Part shown: piece after piece, positions 30,901 to 40,005 of the stretch
How positions within the stretch are numbered: position 1 is the first letter of the stretch
Layout: the number at the start of each line of letters is the position of its first letter
Assembly (NCBI GenBank): GCA_965207225.1
Contig: CBDBLV010000004.1
Coordinates: 672,001-736,000, forward strand
DNA from: Dehalococcoidia bacterium
GTDB lineage: Bacteria > Chloroflexota > Dehalococcoidia > Plut-88900
Direction of reading: 5' to 3'
Length of the DNA: 64,000 nt
Translations under genes and position numbers: made by a program
Notes under the pieces: model-generated
The model's input: the letters and a program-made list of their open reading frames with translations, nothing else
Databases searched by the model: none
What the model was told of the DNA's origin: nothing

Positions 30901-30975
30901 CCGCTCCTCCCGGTCTGGGAGTCTGTGGAACCTGATCAGTACTGGCAAGTCGCCTCAGAACCTGTCTCCGCCCCT

Positions 30976-33702
30976 TCAATCAAGATGCGTTATGACCCAG
31001 TCCACACCCTGCTTCTCGGCGGTGATAGAGCCAAGGTCCACCTCACTGCGCGATTGGTAAACGGATCCAGAAATCCAGCCGAATTCCACGTTCGTGCCGA
31101 TGAGTGTGATCGTGCCGGGTGATCGGCCAAATACCCACGCCTCGCCCATTACCAAGCCAGAGCCGTCAGACAGGTGGGCCGCCAAGAACCGCACAGTGTT
31201 CGGCGGCCTTATCGAATCTGCATCGGGATCAATGCAGAAACCGTCTCGCGGCAGAACTAGGCCCACTCGGCACTTCGCAATCCTCCCCTCTTCAAACATG
31301 GATAACCTGGTTGAGAGGCTGGCTCTGTTGAATTCGGTTATCGAGACTGGCTCCTGTACGGGAGTCACGGGAGTAGGCCTAGTGGTGGCCACGGGTTCGC
31401 CCACGGCGTTCATCACGTAGATCTCATAGTCCCCGTCGCGGTTGGAGTGGAACACGATGCGCTGGCCGTCGGGCGACCAGGCGGGCGACCAATCGGCAGC
31501 GTCGTTGTCGGTGAGGCGCGTGACCCCGGAGCCGTCGGCGTTCATCACGTAGATCTCATAGTCCCCGTCGCGGTCGGAGTCTAACGCGATGCGCTGGCCG
31601 TCGGGCGACCAAGCGGGGCGACCATCGCCAGCGTCGTTGTCGGTGAGGCGCGTGACCCCGGAGCCGTCGGCGTTCATCACGTAGATCTCAAAGTCCCCGT
31701 CGCGGTCGGAGTTGAACACGATGCGCTGGCCGTCGGGCGACCAGTCGGGGGACCCATCGATACCGTCGTCGTTGGTGAGGCGCGTGACCCCGGAGCCGTC
31801 GGCGTTCATCACGTAGATCTCATAGTCCCCGTCGCGGTCGGAGTTGAACGCGATGCGCTGGCCGTCGGGCGACCAGGCGGGCGACCAATCGTCGGCGTCG
31901 TCGTTGGTGAGGCGTGTGACCCCGGAGCCGTCGGCGTTCATCACGTAGATCTCATAGTCCCCGTCGCGGCCGGAGTCGAACGCGATGCGCTGGCCGTCGG
32001 GCGACCAGGCGGCGAAACCATCGGGAGCGTCGTGATCGGTGAGGCGCGTGACCCCGGAGCCGTCGGCGTTCATCACGTAGATCTCATAGTCCCCGTCGCG
32101 GCCGGAGTCGAACGCGATGCGCTGGCCGTCGGGCGACCAGGCGGGCGACCAATCGATACCGTCGTCGTCGGTGAGGCGCGTGGCTGGCGAAGGCGTGGCT
32201 GGTGTAGGCGTAGGTTCTGGCGTGAGTGTAGCAGTAGGCTCCGGCGAGGGCGTGTCGGTCGCCACCGGCGTGGGTGTGGCTGGTGTAGGCGTAGCGGTAG
32301 GCTCTGTTCTACGGACAGCCCCGCCGGTAACTCTTCCGTTCACAATGCGGCAACCTGCCGGATCTATGCAGGTGTAGACGGCGTCATAAGTCCAGCCGTA
32401 CCCTCCATTGTCCATCAGAATTACAAAGCCGCCGGAACCGGATTGGGCCTGGGCTCCTCCCCCAAATCTTCGCCAATCTGAAAACTCAGCGGGAGAGTTT
32501 GGGAGCGTCTCTCCCGCCTCGAACACATTGTCTGGGGTAGGCGTGGGTGTAGCAGTAGGCTCTGGTGTGGGCCTTAGGGAACGCTGTGCAGATTGTCGGG
32601 ACTCATAGAAGGTCCAACTCCCTTCAGCGTTGGCGGTGGCTACGATTTCGCTCTGGAAGGCATCGTCGACTTCGAAGCCGTCAGAGTAGCAGAGACGAAG
32701 GTTGTCCACATTGAGGGTGATGCCCCCTACCACTTGCTTCGCCGGGCCTCCCTCACGACAGATTGCTCCGTCGTGCGTCACTGACAGAACGACGCTGGCG
32801 CGTGGCGTGCCGCCACCGGTGTAGCTGCAACCTTCGCCAGGCTGCAACGTCATGCCGTCCCGGCATATCCCCAAGACTACAGGCGCGAGTTCCGGCGTGA
32901 GTGTAGCAGTAGGCTCCGGCGAGGGCGTGTCGGTCACCACCGGCGTGGGTGTGGCTGGTGTAGGCGTAGCGGTAGGCTCTGTTCTACGGACAGCCCCGCC
33001 GGTAACTCTTCCGTTCACAATGCGGCAACCTGCCGGATCTATGCAGGTGTAGACGGCGTCATAAGTCCAGCCGTACCCTCCATTGTCCATCAGAATTACA
33101 AAGCCGCCGGAACCGGATTGGGCCTGGGCTCCTCCCCCAAATCTTCGCCAATCTGAAAACTCAGCGGGAGAGTTTGGGAGCGTCTCCCCCGCCTCGAACA
33201 CATTGTCTGGTGTAGGCGTGGGTGTAGCGGTAGGCTCCGGCGAGGGCGTGGCTGGTGCAGGCGTGGGTTCCACGGCAGGTGTGGCGGTGCGTATCGGGGT
33301 GAGTGTCGACGCAGCGGAACGCCCCGACGTCGATGTCGGCATGGCGGTACTCGTTGGTGGGACCGACGTGAACACGGGCGCGGTCGTCGGTGCGGCAATG
33401 TTCGCGACCGTAGGCGTCGCGCCTGATGTCGCCGATTCCCGTGTGGACGTGGGGTTGGTAGTTGTGTCGTCACTACAAGCGGACGTGGAGAGGGCCACCA
33501 GCACAACCAGCAGCGCCACCGCAAACGGAAGGAACTCTCTCAGCCCCGTCCTTTCATAATGGCGGCGGGGTTCAGAGGGGAAACGGCCTCCCCGACGGTC
33601 GCTCTCTAGCGAGGAGAGAGGTCGGGTATGCTTAGGACGCCTGTTCGGGGGGGGGGGGGTATAAGTATACGTTCGCACATCTAGGCCACTACCTTCGGTC
33701 AT
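30976..33702 (-). CDS. Lipoprotein with TolB-like PD40 beta-propeller and duplicated domains
   Basis: Lipobox 'STSAC'; six 44-aa repeats 'PAWSPDGQRIAF.S.RDGDYEIYVMNADGSGVTRLT'. Confidence 0.9.
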   Translation of the reverse strand: MTEGSGLDVRTYTYTPPPPNRRPKHTRPLSSLESDRRGGRFPSEPRRHYERTGLREFLPFAVALLVVLVALSTSACSDDTTTNPTSTRESATSGATPTVANIAAPTTAPVFTSVPPTSTAMPTSTSGRSAASTLTPIRTATPAVEPTPAPATPSPEPTATPTPTPDNVFEAGETLPNSPAEFSDWRRFGGGAQAQSGSGGFVILMDNGGYGWTYDAVYTCIDPAGCRIVNGRVTGGAVRRTEPTATPTPATPTPVVTDTPSPEPTATLTPELAPVVLGICRDGMTLQPGEGCSYTGGGTPRASVVLSVTHDGAICREGGPAKQVVGGITLNVDNLRLCYSDGFEVDDAFQSEIVATANAEGSWTFYESRQSAQRSLRPTPEPTATPTPTPDNVFEAGETLPNSPAEFSDWRRFGGGAQAQSGSGGFVILMDNGGYGWTYDAVYTCIDPAGCRIVNGRVTGGAVRRTEPTATPTPATPTPVATDTPSPEPTATLTPEPTPTPATPSPATRLTDDDGIDWSPAWSPDGQRIAFDSGRDGDYEIYVMNADGSGVTRLTDHDAPDGFAAWSPDGQRIAFDSGRDGDYEIYVMNADGSGVTRLTNDDADDWSPAWSPDGQRIAFNSDRDGDYEIYVMNADGSGVTRLTNDDGIDGSPDWSPDGQRIVFNSDRDGDFEIYVMNADGSGVTRLTDNDAGDGRPAWSPDGQRIALDSDRDGDYEIYVMNADGSGVTRLTDNDAADWSPAWSPDGQRIVFHSNRDGDYEIYVMNAVGEPVATTRPTPVTPVQEPVSITEFNRASLSTRLSMFEEGRIAKCRVGLVLPRDGFCIDPDADSIRPPNTVRFLAAHLSDGSGLVMGEAWVFGRSPGTITLIGTNVEFGWISGSVYQSRSEVDLGSITAEKQGVDWVITHLD
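33647..33659. repeat. G13 homopolymer (C13 on coding strand) in the 5' end of the PD40 lipoprotein gene
   Basis: Counted directly; encodes T-P-P-P-P. Confidence 0.9.
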
Positions 33703-33751
33703 GACGGTCTCTGCCTCCTGCTATCCGATTTCGAGATTCAATGCTGAACTG

Positions 33752-34471
33752 CTACGTCCCCCGTTGGCGGAGCCTTTCTTCCAACTCCCGGACACGGGCT
33801 TCGGCGCTGTCGGCGCGGGCCTCGGCGCTGTCGGCGCGGGCTCGTTCGCTCTCAAGGCTGGCGATGGGCTCCCCCGTGACAGGGTCGTAGAACATCAGCC
33901 TCCCATCATCCCAACGCAGATACAGGTTCAGCACCGCGCTGTACCCCTGGAGGCTCCCTCCGGGCAACTCCTCTAGCTCTACAGGGACATACGCACCGTC
34001 CACCAGCCGGTCTCCGCCCAGCTTCGCCCCGTGATACGCTCCCGTCTCATCGAATCGCCAGTACTCCGGTATGCTCAGAGCGGTGTAGTCCGCGCGCTTC
34101 TCGGTCACGTCCACTCGCCCCGTGCTTTTGGACGCCACCTCCAGCACGAAGTCCGGCGGCTTCCCCTGCTCCGCGATCACGTAGGCTTCGCTGCGCCGGT
34201 ACGCCCCCGGGTCAACCCCGAAGGCCACCAGCAGGTCGGGATACCGCACCCCGGCCAGGCTCCCCGTGGGCGCCAGCGCCAAGTAGCGCTCACCGGCCAC
34301 CAGCGTCGTCTCTGGGCTGCCCAGATGCACTACCAGGTTGTGGACAATACCGGTGTAGGTCAGACCGTCAAAGCTGGTCATCTTGTCGTCCGGATCTTCC
34401 GGAGGGTCCGGAAACACAAAATGCTCCCGAACCGGCGGCGTCCTGGCAAATGTCGTGTCCGGCGTCGTCAT
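33752..34471 (-). CDS. Uma2/DUF820 family PD-(D/E)xK nuclease-like protein
   Basis: 'PDLLVAFGV','PPDFVLEVASKST..D...K..Y....IPEYWRFD', coiled-coil tail. Confidence 0.9.
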   Translation of the reverse strand: MTTPDTTFARTPPVREHFVFPDPPEDPDDKMTSFDGLTYTGIVHNLVVHLGSPETTLVAGERYLALAPTGSLAGVRYPDLLVAFGVDPGAYRRSEAYVIAEQGKPPDFVLEVASKSTGRVDVTEKRADYTALSIPEYWRFDETGAYHGAKLGGDRLVDGAYVPVELEELPGGSLQGYSAVLNLYLRWDDGRLMFYDPVTGEPIASLESERARADSAEARADSAEARVRELEERLRQRGT

Positions 34472-34684
34472 AGCTCACCTAAACAGTCGGCTCGAAGCCT
34501 GCGCCAACCCCGCCCACTCATCGGCAGGCCAACGGAAAGGCGTCTCCACTCCGAAGCACCTCCAACAAGGTGTTACTCTACGAGTCATACTATACACCGC
34601 CGGGCCAGACCTTGGAACCCCCCGAAAACGAGCACCGCTGAAGCTGAAGTGCGCCTTGCGAATGGACATTTCGCGCCAAGGGCA

Positions 34685-35096
34685 CTATCGGCTGCGGGCG
34701 TTGACGACACGCGTGCGCACGATCTTGTCCCAGAGGCATTGGCGGTCGGCGTCCCAGACGCACCAAAGCGCCGCAACGACGAAGGTAGGCGTGAAGATGG
34801 CCCCGCCCGCCTGCTCTCCCAGCACAGCCACCAATACCCCATTGACCGCGCCGAAAACGATGCATCGCACGACCAGGTCCCTGATCAGCATCCAACCTAG
34901 GTCGGCCGATTGACCATCCCCACGGATGACGCGCGTACGCAGGAGCTGCTTCGGCGGGATCTGTCCGCCTCGCGCCGCGATCAGGTACCATATGCCCCAG
35001 CCGATGCCGAGCGTAAGCACGAATAGAAAGCAGTCGGAGGACGAATCCGGCGAGACGGCGGCCTTGGCTGGCAAGCTCCATGTCGCTGCTGCTCAT
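34685..35096 (-). pseudogene. RDD family membrane protein, frameshifted near 35036
   Basis: 'LASQGRRLAGFVL' in one frame joins 'DCFLF...GQIPPKQLL..RV...RQCLWDKIVRTRVV' in another. Confidence 0.75.
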
Positions 35097-35105
35097 CCCC
35101 TCCTC

Positions 35106-35162
35106 TTACACCTCCAGCTTGAAGGACAAGCGGAAGGTTCTTGATTTTATCAAGTCTGGTAG
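35106..35162 (-). mobile_element. att-like junction of element B with stored LSR tail PDLIKSRTFRLSFKLEV*
   Basis: 35137-35160 is 23/24 identical to 36989-37012. Confidence 0.8.
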
Positions 35163-35340
35163 ACATGGTGGCGGCCAGGCGATATATGGAGGCCACGGCG
35201 TCCATCCTGCGTATGAGCAGCGTCAGTCACTCCCTGTACATGGGGTAGGCCCGCACGAAGTCCGAGGGCGTGTCGAAGCGGAGGACCCACGCGGCTTCGT
35301 CGATGCCCTGGGCCGTCAGGTGGTACTTCTGGCTGGCCGG
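35161..35340 (-). pseudogene. Internal fragment of a relaxase-like gene with internal stop
   Basis: 'YHLTAQGI...RAYPMYRE*LTLLIRRMDAVASIYRLA' aligns with 22622 and 58644 proteins. Confidence 0.75.
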
Positions 35341-35576
35341 CCAGTCAGCATCGGAAAGATGACGAGGGCCATTCCGTCGGAGAGCGTCAAAGTGACGCTC
35401 TTGCCGTAGCGGGACACGTTCGTGAAAGAGCGGTCCTCAATGTCCCCGGCCACGTCAATCTCGGATAGCGTCCGAAATACCGTTGGGCGGACGACGCGGG
35501 CAGAGACCACGGAAGCGCCCACCGCGCGGCGCTCCAGCACCTCGCGGACAATGGTGAGTTCCGGCGCCTCTGGCAC
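35341..35576 (-). pseudogene. Fpg/Nei DNA glycosylase N-terminal fragment
   Basis: 'MPEAPEL','V.RYGK','MLTG'; no H2TH or Zn-finger part. Confidence 0.75.
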
Positions 35577-35606
35577 GGGTTTCGTCCAGCCTGGTTTCTT
35601 ACATGG

Positions 35607-36611
35607 CTACGAACGTATTTGAAAACGGGGCACCCGACCAATACCCAACCAACATCTCAGTCTCTCTGCAATCTCAAGCCCGCCCACCATTCCGGCCGCC
35701 GGTAATGCAACCTCAATCATGAAGCTGAGCGGTGCCGAGAGCACATTCTCCGTGGAACCGCCTTGGTTCCCGAGTACTCCCAAGTTGATGAATATCCATA
35801 GCAACGCGAAGCCGGCAATGAACACGCAGAATATCAGCACTATCTCGATGGCGTACTTTAAGACCGGCAAATGTAATGAAGCCCATGATGCCCCCGTCAC
35901 TGCCAACCAAACTACGATTAGTGTCCAGAAGCGCCAATCCTCACTTTCGTCCAGGGCATCCACGGCAAGCACCAGCACGATGGCCGTGGATATGAATAGA
36001 AACGTGCCGACGAGAGTGCGCTTCCAATTCGACACTACCCAGGGAATCACCCAACGTACAAAGCCAGCGAGAGAGAGTAGTACTACCCATTCGTACACCG
36101 GCTCAGACGTGTCGGCATCGTCGACGTAGAATGCCCATAGCAGGAGAGCTAACCCGGCAAACACCAATCCGCCCCCTGCGACATCGAGCGCAGTTTTCTT
36201 CCAAGAGCTCTCGCGCGTTGCCTCTGGAGGGTCTTCTTTAGATGAGACGAACGATATGCCAGATATGACGAATAGTGCGCCCAAGATCAGGATCACTCCA
36301 GCGGTCCACCAGCGATACACATCGTCGCCAGGCTCCGGCGCAAGTACGAAGGGAACCCATAGCGCCCATGCGACGAAGAGGGCCCCAAGCGCAGTCGCGA
36401 CAAAGACCAACCCGTGGAATAGTCGGGGGTGAATCCTTGATTCAGGTGGCTCTACAGCTACAGAGGCAAGTATCGGCAGCACGGCGAGACCAGGCAGCGC
36501 CCACCAGAAGACCCACCGGGTTACTCCTTCGCCGATATCGACATCTTGCACGTAGTGTCCCCACAGGATAAAGCCAAAGCCTATGATCAGATAGAGGATC
36601 AGGAGCACCAA
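35607..36611 (-). CDS. Polytopic membrane protein, unknown function
   Basis: About 10 hydrophobic segments. Confidence 0.7.
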   Translation of the reverse strand: MVLLILYLIIGFGFILWGHYVQDVDIGEGVTRWVFWWALPGLAVLPILASVAVEPPESRIHPRLFHGLVFVATALGALFVAWALWVPFVLAPEPGDDVYRWWTAGVILILGALFVISGISFVSSKEDPPEATRESSWKKTALDVAGGGLVFAGLALLLWAFYVDDADTSEPVYEWVVLLSLAGFVRWVIPWVVSNWKRTLVGTFLFISTAIVLVLAVDALDESEDWRFWTLIVVWLAVTGASWASLHLPVLKYAIEIVLIFCVFIAGFALLWIFINLGVLGNQGGSTENVLSAPLSFMIEVALPAAGMVGGLEIAERLRCWLGIGRVPRFQIRS

Positions 36612-36957
36612 GCCTGCCTTCTTCAGTCTGTCTCGCGTCAGTTGCGCATCTCCTCACACCTTCCGAACGCGGTTCGACAGTACAGAGTGTAACGTCATGG
36701 CGTGGCTGGCCCCATCGGTAATTCGGTTGGCCTGGGCTCGAGGGTTCGATAGGTTCCCGCGTTCGTGGAAATGACGAGCGGTTCCGTCTCCCGGCTACGC
36801 TCCTGGGCGGCCGCTGCTTTGTCAGTATCTGGTTGGGACACGTCTGCTCCTTTCCCGGGGCACTCTACCTTCAGTCAGGGAGCTCACACCACCTCAAATC
36901 TCTCGGGTTTTCCTATCCCCTCGGGTGTCCCATTATCGCTGACGGTCTACAGATTGG

Positions 36958-37069
36958 CTACAGGTCCAGAACGAGGGTAAGTGTGAAAGTTCTTGATTTT
37001 GTCAAGTCTGGTGGGCCTATTTTGACGGTAGACAGAACCGTCTTCGAATTGAGGCTGGGCAGTCTGTAA
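36958..37069. mobile_element. attL of element C: hybrid site with a stored LSR tail on each strand
   Basis: + strand 37010-37069 GGPILTVDRTVFELRLGSL*; - strand 37011-36958 PDLTKSRTFTLTLVLDL*; core TGGTGG 37009-37014. Confidence 0.9.
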
Positions 37070-37183
37070 ACCCACCGAAACGATGTTGCGTGGTCTCTCT
37101 TGGGCTGCCTACCAGCGTTGCGCCTATCGTGGCTTCCAGCATATTCAATGGGGCGCACGCATTCACAATCCCAGCATTTTGCG

Positions 37184-37606
37184 TCACTCGTGACTGCCTC
37201 TCAGCAGGGCGACGAATCCAGCCTGCTCAAAGTCTCGGTCGTAGGCGAGCGCCTCAGTCAGGTCACGTTCTTCCATTATGAGGAAGCTCGCGCAGTCCGT
37301 TAGGCTCCAGGTCTGATCCTGGCGTGCCTCGTATCGTCCCACCGCTGTCCAAAACTGGTCCTCAGTAAGCCAGACAACCTCAATGCTTGGTCTGCCACGA
37401 AGACTCTTCGCCCATTCAGTTGCACGCTGTCGCATGTACTCGCCACGGGTCGATGCGAAATTGAGTACCTCGACCACAACCATATGGGTCGTGACCAGTT
37501 GGTCCGCGATGGATTCTGAGCTCAAGTCGAGTGCGCGGGCGTGAAGGTCGTCTCGGTTGTCGAGTAGTGCGATCCAATATCCACTGTCAGCGAACACCAC
37601 ACGCAT
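37184..37606 (-). CDS. vapC: PIN-domain toxin
   Basis: 'VFADSGYWIAL...D..H','SLTDCASF..M','D.DF.QAGF'. Confidence 0.9.
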   Translation of the reverse strand: MRVVFADSGYWIALLDNRDDLHARALDLSSESIADQLVTTHMVVVEVLNFASTRGEYMRQRATEWAKSLRGRPSIEVVWLTEDQFWTAVGRYEARQDQTWSLTDCASFLIMEERDLTEALAYDRDFEQAGFVALLRGSHE

Positions 37607-37890
37607 TACGGTTCCTTCTTCGGATGACCGTACATGTAGTGTTTGTAGTTGACAGAGCCATCGGTGGGTCGGTCTCGTCCGTCATCCGGGTACTTCTCAA
37701 TGAGGTGCCTGGCCAACATTGACATGTCTCCGATAGCATTCGCGCCCTTCGCCGCGGCTTGAACGGGAATCTCCTCAATCACCAGGGCCACTTCCGCTCC
37801 CTCGGCAATGTCCAAGGGCTCCAGGGGCGTGAGAACGCCGTTGGAGTACTTGGCCTTCACGTTCGCAATCATGACGCTCCCCTCTGACAT
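37606..37890 (-). CDS. AF2212/DUF104-like antitoxin
   Basis: 'VKAKYSNGVLTPLEPLDIAEGAEV'; coupled to vapC. Confidence 0.85.
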   Translation of the reverse strand: MSEGSVMIANVKAKYSNGVLTPLEPLDIAEGAEVALVIEEIPVQAAAKGANAIGDMSMLARHLIEKYPDDGRDRPTDGSVNYKHYMYGHPKKEP

Positions 37891-38364
37891 GGCTACGGCC
37901 TTCGGGCAACTCTCAGCGTCCTATGTGTGCTCAAGACCGTTCTGCCCTCATCATACTCCTGATGGCTGCTGATCATCAATGGAAACGCTGCCTTTTCTTG
38001 GTCGGCGCTATTGACAACATCCGCTTCGGTGGTTTAAGGTAATAGGTGGATAGTAATGATACTATATCTCAATTATCAACGTAATGGTGGCCTTGCCCAC
38101 TGTCCGTGTCGAGACCGTACCTCGTCAATTGGACGCATACGAAGCTCAATACCAATGATCCGAACGTACTCCACGGTTGGCGACGACGGGAACAATGATA
38201 CTAAGACTCAACACGATGGCGGAAACGATAGCTGACGATTGTGATATCAGTCGTCCCGCACGGAGCAAAACCAGTGTAGAAACACGCACCCGTCTTGGGC
38301 GCGAGGCAAAGAACAACGAACCAACTCGATCTAGATTTCGAAAGCAAGGAAGCTAGGAGAATCG

Positions 38365-39999
38365 ATGAACAGCTTTACCAACGCATCAATGCCCCTGAAA
38401 CTCTTCGGCGTCGTCTTGGCGCTGGCCCTAGTAGCGGTGGCCGCCCTGTTGGTCACCCCCACCTCGGCGCAAAGCCCGGACAACACCTACGACGACCCGC
38501 AGCCTTGTGGGTTCGGCCAAGGCGCATCCACTGCATTCCAGGCCGAACCGCACGAGAAGACCACCGGCCACTACGCACTCTTTGACGCCTACTGGGAGGA
38601 TACGGGGCCGGATCAGGCGCAGACCCCAGGGCTGGACCCTGACCAAACCCCTGACAACACCGGCATCCTGCACACCAACGAGTGCCCGCCGCTGTTGACC
38701 ACCGAAACGCAAGACCTCCAAACCGTAACCACCCTGACCGACTCCGGCGTCGACATCGACGAGCTCATAATCCACGTCGAGAACTCGCGTCAGGCGACTG
38801 TGGTGGAGGGCAATCCGGATGATTTCAGCACCCACCATTTGCGTTTGGACCAGTACCCAGGGGTTCGTGACCACGCCAATGTTGGTGAAAAGGTCTGGTG
38901 GCTGCGGCTGGACGACCCCGACCTCAGCGGGGACCAGAAATCCGACCTCACCCTCGGATTCTCGACGCACCGATTCGACAAGAAGTACTGGACCAAGGTT
39001 AGCTACGAGTTCAGGCTCTTGCGCAACCCCGGCATTGCCCCGGGCGAGCATCCCCACCTCCTCGCCTACCGGGCGCGCCAGTCGGGTGTGCCCGGCGCGA
39101 CCAAGGTCTGGGACAGCGCTGAGGCAGGCATCGCATCCATGGAGATGGCGCCCGGCGAACTCATCAATGACCTACAGTGGGTCTTCACCAAGCCCGGGAC
39201 CTACGAAATATCTGCTCAACCCGTGGGGTACGTGCGCAACAAAAACCCTCACGCTGAAGGCGATGAGGAGTACGACGCGAACTGGAAGGCGATCAGTGCA
39301 AACGTCACCGAGGCCGGCGAGGTGAAAAAGTACGTCATCCACGTGGGGCCTCTCGTCGAGGTGGAGCCGCCACTATTGGGCGTCAGCCGCAGCGTGCCGG
39401 AAAACTCCCCGGCCGGGACCAACGTCGGCGACCCGTTCCTGGTCTACTCGGAAGCGAGTGATCTGGGGTACAGCCTCTCCGGCGTCGGCCACGAAAACTT
39501 CGTAGCAACGGCCACGACCGACGCGGACCCCTACGGCGTCCAAATCAAGGTGGCCGAGGGGGCCAGCCTGGACTACGAGACCAAGGCCACCTATGACCTC
39601 ACCTTGGGAGTGACAAACAAGATCGACCACGAGAGCAATCCCGACCCCACCGTAGACGACACCCTGGTGGTGCGGATCAGTTTGGACGACGTCGCCCCCA
39701 CCGTGAGCCTTGCAGTCGATAATGCCAGCCCGGCGGTGGGTGACACGGTGACCTTTAGGGCGGTGTTCCAACACTTCGAAGAAGTGGGAGAGTATCTGTA
39801 TGATTTCGACAGTCTGTCGAATTCCGATACCCTCACTGGGCGGGTTACCACCAACAACGCCATTGTGTACACCACCACCCGAAATAGCGCCCTAACGGAA
39901 ACTTTCACCTTCAGTGCCACTTACGACGTTGATGATGATGGCTCGAACCGACGTGTCATTCACGCCGAGAATGTCACCGTCACCTGGGGCAACCCGTAG
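38365..39999 (+). CDS. Secreted protein with surface-anchored-repeat-like and cadherin-like domains
   Basis: Signal peptide; 'WVFTKPGTYEI'; 'RSVPENSPAGTNVGDP...LDYETKATYDLT'. Confidence 0.8.
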   Translation: MNSFTNASMPLKLFGVVLALALVAVAALLVTPTSAQSPDNTYDDPQPCGFGQGASTAFQAEPHEKTTGHYALFDAYWEDTGPDQAQTPGLDPDQTPDNTGILHTNECPPLLTTETQDLQTVTTLTDSGVDIDELIIHVENSRQATVVEGNPDDFSTHHLRLDQYPGVRDHANVGEKVWWLRLDDPDLSGDQKSDLTLGFSTHRFDKKYWTKVSYEFRLLRNPGIAPGEHPHLLAYRARQSGVPGATKVWDSAEAGIASMEMAPGELINDLQWVFTKPGTYEISAQPVGYVRNKNPHAEGDEEYDANWKAISANVTEAGEVKKYVIHVGPLVEVEPPLLGVSRSVPENSPAGTNVGDPFLVYSEASDLGYSLSGVGHENFVATATTDADPYGVQIKVAEGASLDYETKATYDLTLGVTNKIDHESNPDPTVDDTLVVRISLDDVAPTVSLAVDNASPAVGDTVTFRAVFQHFEEVGEYLYDFDSLSNSDTLTGRVTTNNAIVYTTTRNSALTETFTFSATYDVDDDGSNRRVIHAENVTVTWGNP

Positions 40000-40005
40000 T
40001 ATCGG

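Noticed and set aside
31400-32180. Regular 132-bp repeats resembling an array
   Set aside because: In-frame PD40 protein repeats with no unique spacers.
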